From: Mustelus asterias
Taxonomy: Eukaryota
DNA length: 64,000 nt
Assembly: GCF_964213995.1 (NCBI RefSeq)
Contig: NC_135806.1
Location: 95,790,001-95,854,000, forward strand
Reading direction: 5' to 3'
In this document: one piece after another, positions 35,617 to 45,716 of the stretch
Position numbering within the stretch: position 1 is the stretch's first letter
Layout of the letters: every line of letters starts with the position of its first letter
Translations under genes and position numbers: made by a program
Notes under the pieces: model-generated
Seen by the model: the letters and a program-made list of their open reading frames with translations, nothing else
Told to the model about the DNA's origin: nothing
Database searches by the model: none

Positions 35617-36398
35617 TTTATGAAGCCCGCTTGGATCATAAGTTTTGCACTTTGAATTTGGCTAGGATAAGCATGTTTCACTTCAGGTATGATTCAAATT
35701 ACCCACCAGGGAGCTTTTATCAAACAAAGTTTACTTAAGAATATATTTAACATGTATGGAAAGAAAATTAGCAACAACTTTTATCAATTATAAACCAAAA
35801 CAAAACAACCACGATAATGTAAAACCCTAAACAAATATATCTAAAATGTTCAAATCAAACAACAACTTCCCATGGACAAAAACCCTTTCCATATGTTTAA
35901 ACACAGAAAAGACTAATGCTCTTGTGATACTGGAACTGAGTCCTTTGTTTGAATGCTGCAGTTCTCTTGAGGCACACACAGACAGGCTTGGAGTTAGAAC
36001 AGTTTCCCAGAACACCAGAGAGAGACTCTGGTTGAGCCACCAACAGCAGATTCTCTACTTCAGGAAGACAAGAACTTTTGCTTTTAGCTAACCAGCAGAA
36101 TTTCCAAAACCAGACAGAGAGAAAAACACTTCTTTACAGCTTGATGTCCCTACTAAACTAAACTGTTGCCAGCCAAACAAAAAATGAAACCTTAAAATCA
36201 CCAGGAAGGATAAAAAAACTGTCCAAAACACATGACCTTTTTCCTAACAATGCAGGGTCAGAAAAGATCCAAGAGTAAAAATAAACAAACCCCATTTAAG
36301 TAGCAATAAAAGACTTCTAGCAGACAACTTGACAGTGCTGAGAGCTGCAGAGAACATGATTTAAAAAAAACAGCTCTTAAAGGTGCAATAACGCCACA
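35617..36398 (-). mobile_element. Probable solo LTR
   Basis: Resembles recalled shark LTR sequence (TTTGAATTTGGCTAGGATAAGCATG...TTATCAAACAAAGTTT...TTAAAGGT...CACA); no second copy in the window to confirm. Confidence 0.4.
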
Positions 36399-36507
36399 AT
36401 GACAGATACAGCATTTGATGTTGGGTTGTATAATAACTGCTTGTGCATGTTTGCAAAATACAAGGAAAGATGAAATCTCTATAATTAACAGAAACAACCA
36501 AGTCAAT

Positions 36508-37531
36508 GGGAGCAATTCTTCCAAAAAAATTCTAAATGTCGAATTTGCGTAAAAACTGGACTAAATCATACTGTTTTTTTTCAGTGGGAGTTTAAAAATA
36601 AATCTCACACATTCTGTGCACTGTAGGGTGCCTCAGCGTAAATCCCGTTGAAAAGATGGGGGCGGGGCCTATCCCTGCTGGAGAGGTCGGCAACATAGCG
36701 CTGAGCAAGCCACTGTGCATGCGCCGATCAGTCAGTGCCAAGTTCAGTGCATGCGCTGTGGCCCCGCACTGCTGGTCTACCGATCATTGGCCAACCCGAT
36801 CGCTGGCCAGCTCCACGACTCCGCATCACCGGCCATCTGCCCCCAAGCATGCCCGGGCCAGCCTCTCCCGCCCCCAGCCCACCTTGATCACTCCCCTCCT
36901 CCCCCCAACCCCTCGCTCTGATCTCCCGATCAACCACCCCCCCACCTGAAAATCGCCACCCCACTGGCAGTCCGGACCACCCCCCACAACCCCTTCGGCA
37001 GCCCCAGCAGGCTGAACCCAACCCCTCACCCCACCCCTATAGCCAGCCCAGATCACTGGCCACACCCCCTTCAGGCCCTGCCTCCATTAGGCGCTGCCAC
37101 CTTGGCACTGCCCTATGCCCAATGGGTGGTGCCAAGGTGCCCCCTGGGTATTGGCACTTTGCCCCTTGGGCGTTGCCAAGGTGCCCATGCCCCAAAGGGC
37201 CCCCACCGTGCCTGACTCTCTGGGGGGCCTCAATTGCCCCCACTTCATTCCAGCGAGGTCGAGTCACGCTAGAGTGATCCACTCCTGGCTGGGGTGGGGG
37301 GGGGGGGGTGGATGTGCAGAGGAGAGGCATTTAAATGATAAAATTAGAAGCTGCATCTCTAATGCAGCTCTGCACCTATTTCCGGTATGGAGTTGATGGC
37401 GCCGTAAATCTGGCGCTGGGAGATGCATTCAGGCAAGGGTGCCCAGCGTGGATAGCGCTGATCGGGTGCCACTTTAATCTCCCGGCCCGCTGCGCTAAAA
37501 AATCAGCGCAGCAGGATGTGAGAATCGCCTC
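36508..37531. mobile_element. GC-rich TIR element, opposite orientation to 27196-28683
   Basis: Ends GGGAGCAATTCTTCCAAAAAAATTCTAA and GTGAGAATCGCCTC; collinear with 42088-43145. Confidence 0.78.
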
Positions 37532-38029
37532 GAATGACATTAACTCAGCCACTGATTCAGGCCACTGACGTTTTCAGCCAGTGAGATAAATGTAATGCAG
37601 TTTCTGGATTAGCTGAATATAGTTAAAATTTTTGAAGCATACCGTTTTCATAAAATGTGAAGTGTGCTGATGGCTGAATCTACATAACCTTGCCAATTTC
37701 AGCACACCATAATGTACAGCCAACATTTCAGTTTTCAGTTTTTAGGACTATACCCATATTTACAATTTCTTTCCCCTTTTATGTACTAAGAATATATAAT
37801 AGTCAAAGTATTTCTTATGTTAGTTATATTCACATCTTTTTATTCAGAACCAAATAGCTTATTATTGACAAATTTAAGGAGAATTATGATTCCAGTTCAA
37901 CTACTGAATATTTCACATTCTTTCATTTGGATGAAATTATATAACAAAGGTACAAAATAAAATATTTACATTTATGCATTTTGCTATGTCCTACACTCTC
38001 ATTTTCTACATTTAAAAGTTTCAAGGGTT

Positions 38030-38335
38030 AAAGTTTATGTATTAGTGTGACAAGTAGGCTTACATTAACACTGCAATTAAGTTATTGTGAAAATCCCCCA
38101 GTCGCCACACTCCGGTGCCTGTTCAGGTACACTGAGGGAGAATTTAGCATGGCCAATGCACATAACCAGCACACCTTTCAGATTGTGGGAGGAAACCGGA
38201 GCTCCCGGAGGAAACCCACGCAGACACAGGGAGAATGTGCAGACTCTGCAAAGACATTGACCCAAGCCGGGAATCGAACCGGGCCCTTGGTGTTGTGAGG
38301 CAGCAGTGCTAACCACTGTGCTACCGTGCCACCCA
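38030..38335 (-). mobile_element. V-SINE with an HE1 head and core but an alternative 3' tail
   Basis: After the shared core the minus strand continues TTCTCCCTCAGTGTACCTGAACAGGCACCGGAGTGTGGCGAC...ATAAACTTT. Confidence 0.88.
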
Positions 38336-38534
38336 TCAATAGGAAGAATCATTTTCTTTTCCATTTATGGATATGTCTGCCATTGAACAATTATAGGTGA
38401 AAGACTTAATAACAGAGAAAAACACATGTTGTTGCCTCAGTGGCAGCTTTTAAATTGTAGTAATATTTTATTAATTTAATAACTTGATTGTTGTAGTAAA
38501 TCTCCAACTAGGATTTTCTGACACATCCTCCCCT

Positions 38535-38690
38535 CAGTCCGAAAGATGTGCTGGTTAGGTGAATTGACCATGCTACATTCTCCCTCAGTGTACCTGAACA
38601 GGCGCTGGAGTGTGGCGACTGGGGGACTTTCACAGTAACTTCATTGCAGTGTCGATGTAAGCCTTCTTCTCATACTAATAAATAAACTTT
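38535..38690 (+). mobile_element. 3' half of the alternative-tail V-SINE
   Basis: Inverted homologue of about 38030-38188. Confidence 0.85.
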
Positions 38691-40769
38691 GTTTTGTGTT
38701 TTCCGCTGGTGGAAACCATTGGACGCCAAATATATTCCGGTCCTGCTGAGGTCCATGTCATTTTGTATGGCTCACCTGACCCGCCGCCAGAGAAACCATT
38801 GCCTGGGGTTGCCTTCAGCTGAACCAGAAGATTCTGTTGGTGGGAAGGGCCAAAAAAATCCCACCTGCCCAGCCTCTCCCCTCTCCTCCCCCGTCTGCCT
38901 TTTATATGTTTGGAACTTATCAAAGATCCTTTGTAAAGCTATTGTAAAAATATTAAATATATAAATAAAAGAATTAGAAACAGAATATAGCTTTTCAAAA
39001 AGGTATGGAGTATTTTTTTAAAATGGAAGCGTTTTCTTTTCATCATTTGCAGTAAAACAATATTGAGTAAAATTGTAATGCAGGCTCCTCTACTTGAGAA
39101 CAATATATGCAGAAAAACAGAACATTCAGGAGTTCCTATCTTCATATTTAGGAGGACAGGTGTGGAATATTATTATAGATCTAACAAAATTCATGCAATT
39201 TGTACGGGGTGATCTGCTTTGATGTTTGAAATGTATGTTTCTGTACTGGGTCTGCGTATTAAACAAAGAAGTGGTTTTTTGTGTATTTTAAATATGTATT
39301 ATTCTTCACAGTAAGATAAAGAAATAAAATTTCAGATGACAATAACCTCACTGACCTTTTTCAGTTATTAAATGCATTACTACATGAAAGGAATATTTAA
39401 AGTTTTTCTGTCAGTGCTTTCTCTCAGATGCTGGTTTTGTTTCATTGGCAACACGAGCAAATATAAATGGTTTACTTTGTTTTTTATTCTGGAAAGATTT
39501 AAACCTTAGAAATCTGTGAGGTGACAGGATTACAAGGAATCCTCTGCATACATAGCCTTCAGGGATAAATGGATACGATGCATCTAATAAACAAGAAAGT
39601 AAATGTGCTGAATAATGAATTAAGTGGCATAAGTTGTGATAACATGGAGCAAATGTAACTTCTGACGTTGGGTGTTTGCTTTGTGTGGGGTTATCTGAAA
39701 GTACTGATGTGTTGCCAAGGGATAATGAAAAGGCTCATTATATTAAGATGTTCTTTTACTCAATGTGGCCTAAAACGATCTTGCTTTGCTTTCTTAACCC
39801 AACTCCCTTGTGTGCCTCAGTCAAGGCAACAGGCTTTATCAGGGCGATAGCTATGATTCTTCTAGGCCATCAAGCTTTGTTTGTAGTTAAAATGCCTTGT
39901 GTGTTTTAGATACGTTACCCAACAATTAAATAAAGATGTCTAATTAGTTGATCTATATTAGGGTCAGCAGCCAGTTAGAGAATAAAAGCTTGTTATGCCC
40001 CAATTGCACAGTTCTGAACTAAATTAAATTATTAATACAATCATTGCTTCCATGCTGCTTCATAGGGATTCATAACCTGCCATACTGAATAAAATAAAAT
40101 TACCTCTTTACATTTTCATTAACAACACCAATTCTTAAAATGTATAAAGGATCTACTTTTGCTTGCCTGACTAGATAGAATATTGGAATGCTTATTTTGT
40201 AAAAGCAATTATCAGGGCGATTCTCCCATCGCGGCTCGCAACTTTTCTGGCGGGTCGGGCTGGGAGATTAGCATCTTCGGCCTTTTTCCGGGATTTGCGC
40301 ATGCGCTGGGGACGCATGCGCATCTCCCAGAGCCAGAGAACAGTCGGAGACCAGACCACACTGGAAACTGGCGGGAAGACAGATAAGTGATTTGAATCTT
40401 TTTTTAATATGTTTTGCATGCAATTATTGGGAACTTGCTGGACCCGATTGAATCTCCCACCCCGCCAGAAGTACTTCAATCCAGCGGGGTTTAGAGTTGC
40501 TCCCCACGTTCGGGGAACTAGCGGGAGACCTCGCCGGAATGAAGGGGGGCAATTGGGGCCCCCCAGGGGTTGGGCAGCGGTGGGGGTGGTGCCCCTGGGC
40601 ATGGTCACACTAGCAGTGCAGCCTGTGCCCCCTGCACTGCCCAAGAGGAAAAGTGCCCAGGGGGCACCTTGGCACCGGGCAATTGGGGCCTATTGTGAGC
40701 GGTGGGGTTGGGGGGTCCTGCTGCCACTCTGCATGGTGATCGGTCTGGGCTGGAGGGAGTCCAGAGATT

Positions 40770-40932
40770 GGGAGGGGGGAGGGTGGCGGGGGGGGGGGGG
40801 AGCGGAGGGGGAATGGGTGGTGGGGGGGGGGGAGGGGGGATGGGTGGTGGTGGGGGGGAGGGGGGATGGGTGGTGGGGGAGGGGGGATGGGTGGTGGTGG
40901 GGGGGAGGGGGGATGGGTGGTGGTGGATGGGG
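40770..40932 (+). repeat. G-rich minisatellite with G-quadruplex potential
   Basis: About five units of GGGGGATGGGTGGTGG(TG)GGGG.. plus poly-G runs. Confidence 0.85.
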
Positions 40933-41265
40933 CTGCCTCCCGGGAGGCCGGGGGTTCTGCCGGAGTGAGGGGGTGGGGGATCGCCACTGCTGGGAGGGGG
41001 ATGGTCTGGACATTGGGGCGCACCAGGGCGGGGGGAGTCAGGGTTAGCCCCTGAATTGCCATGGGGACCATGGTCGGGCTTTGGGGGGGGTCTGGAGGGG
41101 CAGCACTGCAGTGGTCCTGGGCTGGCCAGTGATTGAGCTAGCCAGCAAATGGGGAGTCTGACAGATCGGAGCCACTGCGTATGCGCAGAGCCCCGGAGCT
41201 GTCAGACTCAGGCGTGTATAGCCCCCCCCCGTTTTTAATGAGATTCCCGATTGTCCTCTGCATTG

Positions 41266-41441
41266 TGACCTCAACCATTATTCATGTAAATTGAGTTTGT
41301 GTCTTTATATGCCCTGTTTGTGAACAGAATTCCCACTCACCTGAAGAAGGGGCTTGGAGCTCCGAAAGCTTGTATGGCTTTTGCTACCAAATAAACCTGT
41401 TGGACTTTAACCTGGTGTTGTTAAACTTCTTACTGTGTTTA
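41266..41441 (+). mobile_element. Solo Penelope pLTR fragment with a flanking duplication
   Basis: Homologous to about 19450-19610; CCTCTGCATTG at 41255-41265 and 41442-41452. Confidence 0.85.
41337..41374 (+). ncRNA. Minimal type-I hammerhead ribozyme motif
   Basis: CAC-CTGAAGA-A-GGGGC-TTGGA-GCTCC-GAAA-GC-TT-GTA: intact core, 5-bp stem II, palindromic AAGCTT stem III, weakened stem I. Confidence 0.7.
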
Positions 41442-42087
41442 CCTCTGCATTGCACAGAGTGGGGAGATTTGGGTCTGAATCTGCACTGAGAAAACAGTCG
41501 TGATCTAGAATAGTTTTCCCACCAATTCAACACTTTTGGGAGAATCGATCTCTATGTTTCTATTGAATAGCACTAGTTCTGGTAACTAACTCTGGCATTG
41601 AATTTCCACTTTTCCTTTGCCGTTAACTATAAATAATGCAAGATGCTGGCACTAAATTGCCATCGACCCCGATTGGCCAGAAGCTGTTAAGAGGCAAACA
41701 TCAGCCCCGCAGAACCCGGGACCCCCATTATTAACCTGGTGGTGCCTGATTGGCTTTTAACCTCATTGGGATAGCCAAGAATGGCCATAGTGCCCAGCTG
41801 GTGGACAGATCCACCACCGCAACCATTTAATATTAAATAAAGAGTCCACAGATGCTACCTGATATACTATCTATTTCCAAAATGTTCTGCTGTTATTTTC
41901 TACTATATAAAAATGTTGTTAAAATGTATGGAATCTATATATATTGACTGCCTTTATGTCATGTCATTTAGTCTATGAAAGCAAGCATTTAAGTGAAAGG
42001 TTGTATCATCCTTTTAGGGATGCAGAGAAGGTGAACTATTTTGGCAACAATTTAAATGAGTCAAAGCTATTCTCAGTGAGAACATAG

Positions 42088-43145
42088 CCTGGGATTCTCA
42101 GAAAAAAATTCTAAGTATTGAATTCACGTGAAAACTGGAGTAAATCATGCTGTTTTTTCCAGTGGGAGTTTAGAGAAGAATCTCCCACACTCTGTGCACT
42201 GTAAATTCTGTTGCAAATCAGGGGGCGGGACCTATTTCCACCCAGGAGGCCGACAGCATAATGCTGAGCGGGCCACTGCACGTGATCGACGCATGCCCAT
42301 TGGCCCTCCTACTGTTGGCCTCCTGATCACTGCCCAGCTCCGCGGTACGGCAATGATGGCCACCCCCTCCCGAACATTCCTGGGCCAGCCCTGACATCAT
42401 CCCCCCTGACCCTCCCAGCCCGTTCCATCCTGCCCTGATCTCCAGCAACACCCCCCCCTTCCAGATCCACCCCTTCCACCACCTGCACTGCCAACCCCCC
42501 ACCACTGCAGTGCCAACCCCCACCTCGCAGCCCCTACCCCCCCAGCAGGCTGACGCTCACCCCCACCCCACTGACCAGCCCCGATCGCTGGCCTCCCTCC
42601 CTCCCTCACCAAATCTGACTGCAGAGTTGCAGTGGGACCCCCCCACCCCCACTGATCACTCCATCAGGCCACACCCACTTACGCCCCACCCCATTTGCCC
42701 CAACCCCCTTGGCACTGCCCCATGCCTGGTGGTTAGTGCCAGGATGTTCCCTGGACATTGGCACTTTGCCCCTTAGGTAGTGCTGGGGGCCAGGCTGGCA
42801 CTGCCAAGGTGCCAATATCCAGTGGGTATCCCCCATGCCCTGACTGCTTCCCCTTCACTCCAGCGGGGTCAGGCTACTAGCTCCCCACAAGTGGGGAGCT
42901 GTAAACCCCGCTACAATGAAACACTCCTTGTGGGGGGGGGGGGGGGAGGATCGGTGGAAATAAGCTAGCCCTTTAGTCCCGTGCCTGCTAATTACATTCA
43001 AATGGTATTTAAATTGCTCCCTGCATGTATAATGACGGCGCTGGGAGATGCGTTTGGGGCTGGATGCCCAGCGTGGATCCCACGGATCGGGTGTGGCTTA
43101 AATCTCCCAGCCCGCTGCGCTGATTTTTTTGGGATAATCATCTCC
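42088..43145. mobile_element. GC-rich TIR element
   Basis: Ends GGGATTCTCAGAAAAAAATTCTAAGT and TTTTGGGATAATCATCTCC; homologous to 36508-37531. Confidence 0.78.
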
Positions 43146-43299
43146 ATAATATTTTTGTCGGCATCAGATTGAGTCCATTATGTTTTTCAGTAATGCTTGG
43201 AAGACGTCTGTGAGCAAGGAAGAAGTCCTACCTCGTAGACCAAAAGCAGGAACCAAACCCGCTCCAGTGGATGGCAGCACACTGAGACAGCATTTTACT

Positions 43300-43740
43300 C
43301 TTTTGAATAAAACAAAAATCAATAAATTAAACACAAATGAGATGCCCCTGGTGGGGCATTGTATCTAAAACATAATATCAAAAGAAACGTAATAAATTAA
43401 ATGTCATTCACAGGAGTGATGATGCACTCCAGCCCCTGTGGCACCCACCAATTGCAGGAGCCCTGAAGCATGCCATGCTGGTGGGCGCAGTGTGCTTCCT
43501 CTCCAGAGACATGCAGCCATCAACATAGCTATGGTAGAGGGGCAAACAGTGAGGTCAGACCACCCACCCCCTTGACCTCCCGCTGCCTGGACCTGTTAAA
43601 GATCAACTTGGCAAGCCCAGGAACAGGCTTATAAGGAGGTCCGCCTCCCTCCTCGCACTCCTCCATACCAGGTGACCAAGGATTAGAAGGGTGGGGCTGA
43701 AGTGCAACCAAAGTTGAGGAGCAGCCTCTTCAAATAACTA
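43300..43740 (-). mobile_element. 3' end of a decayed Tx1/L1-clade LINE
   Basis: Minus-strand pieces GLAKLIFNRSRQREVKGV, SLERKH, WVPQGLECIITPVNDI resemble Tx1 ORF2 C-termini, followed by a T-rich 3' UTR. Confidence 0.65.
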
Positions 43741-44673
43741 AAACAGGAGCTACAACTTTGGACAATCTACATAGATGTGGACCATGGAATCCCTTGGACC
43801 GCAGAAAAGACAGTTATAGAATTTTATCGGCAGCAGCCAATTAAGAGACTGCTGCTGGAACATTGTCTAATTAAAGATGATGACCCGCCTGCCAGGACTG
43901 CCAACCTAATCAGAGGGGTGTCTTGTCAGTGTCACTGTACAAGGTGACCACATCTGAGGCTGCAGCATGAAGGAGCAAAGTTTTCTCTCTTGGCTTCTGG
44001 AGCAAGGCAGAGTGGCTCCAGTGATCAGAAGGAATCCATATTTCATCAGTAGCACTGTGGCCACGTGGAAGATCACTGCTGTCAAGTCCTCTTTGTGGGC
44101 CATGGAGTGGTCATGAAGGAGCACCCCCACCCGAGGAATCTGTGGGGAGTCCGTTAGGTTTTACTGGGATGTGGTCCTTAATTTTCTCATTTAATTGCCT
44201 TGTGGGCAGCTACAGCATTAAGATTTCTACCATTGGTAATAATCATGATGTCAGGCTTTTTCCAACTGCTTCTGCCATCATTTTTCGAGGCCTCCCGTCT
44301 CTCAGCCCTTCTCCAAAGGACTGGTGAAATCCAGCCAACTGTTTAAATTCACAATCATTCTTAAGAGCAATGGAAATTTAATATCAAAATTGCAAAATAG
44401 GACCTCACCAGCCTATCGTAGTGCCTATCTCATTGTGAAAATTGTATTATCTTAGCTGTTGATGAATAAGCCAGTCATGCAATTGGAAAAATCACAAGCA
44501 AACTCATCTGTCAGTTCTTCTGACTGTTATGTAGCCAACTCTTTTAGTGTCATCCAGTTGTTCCATTCTTCAATTATTTTTGCCGTAAAAATAGAACCAA
44601 AATATAGATTAGAATTAGCCGAATAATCCAATGTGCGTCAATGTGTAAATGTTAAAAATAAAGAAGGAAAGTA

Positions 44674-44935
44674 AAAGTTTATTTATTAGTCACAAGTAAG
44701 GCCTACATTAACATTCAATGAAGTTAATGCGAAATTTCCACACTCTGGCGCCTGTTCGAGACAATGTACCTAACCAGCATGTCTTTCAAATTGTGGGCAG
44801 AAACCGGAGCACCCGGAGGAAACCCACACAGACACGGGGAGAACATGCAAACTCCACACAGACAGTGACCCAAGCTGGGAATCGAACCCGGGTCCCTGGT
44901 TCTGTGAGGCAGCAGCGCTAACCACTGTGCCATCA
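44674..44935 (-). mobile_element. Alternative-tail V-SINE with internal deletions
   Basis: Same head, core and tail as 38030-38335. Confidence 0.85.
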
Positions 44936-45290
44936 TACCACTGGTTGTTTAGAATGAGACAGTTTGGTAATGAATTTTTCTCATTCTATTTTCTTTCCCA
45001 TTTTATCAACATTTTGATGACCGTTTCTGTGACCACCAACACCAGAGGCACCTACAAAAGTACCATCATCGCTGACACTGCAAAGAGACATAGAATTACT
45101 GCCAAGGTTCATGTATCTATTTCTACATCTACCAATAATAATTCATTATATACCTTAATAGGTATTTCATTAGTTTGTAAATGTAAGGCAACCTGGGCAG
45201 AGAACCAATGCATATCCTTCCTCAGTCCTGATGAAGGATCATGGGCCTGAAATATTGATCTGGATTTTCATGGAGTCATGGAGACTTTGT

Positions 45291-45716
45291 GGGGGGTGAT
45301 TCTCCCAGCACGCTGTGCTGCTCTAGACATCAGCAGAGGCCGTTTTGCAGGCTTTCCGCTGGGCATCATGGCCTCTGGGGGGGGAGGAAGAGGTCGGGGG
45401 TGTTGTGATTGTCGGTGGGAGGAGATTGGGGCTGGCCAATGATCGGGAGGCCAGCAATGCCAAGCCACTGCAGATGCGCCAATCTCCACTCTGACTGATT
45501 GGTGCATGCGCAGTGGCCCAGTCAGCGCTACACTACTGGCTTCTCGGGCAGAAATAGGCCCCGCCCCCTAATTTTCAGAGGGAATCACGCCAGAGCAGTT
45601 TGTGATACACAGAGTGTTAGAGATTTGCTCTGAATTCACGCTGAAAGAATTGGCAGGAGTTACTCCCGTTTTCACATGAATTGGGGACTTGGAATTTTTT
45701 TGGGAGAATCGCATCC
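45291..45716. mobile_element. Internally deleted copy of the GC-rich TIR element
   Basis: Ends GGGTGATTCTCCCA and TGGGAGAATCGCATCC; both ends match 27196-28683 and the middle is missing. Confidence 0.8.

Larger units (their letters stand above)
40215..41552. mobile_element. GC-rich TIR element containing a G-rich minisatellite and a Penelope fragment
   Basis: Ends GGGCGATTCTCCCA and TGGGAGAATCG. Confidence 0.8.

Noticed and set aside
40192-41071. Long Gly/Pro-rich ORFs (also 27597-28146, 36656-37396, 62312-62924)
   Set aside because: Stop-poor GC-rich, low-complexity transposon interiors open on both strands
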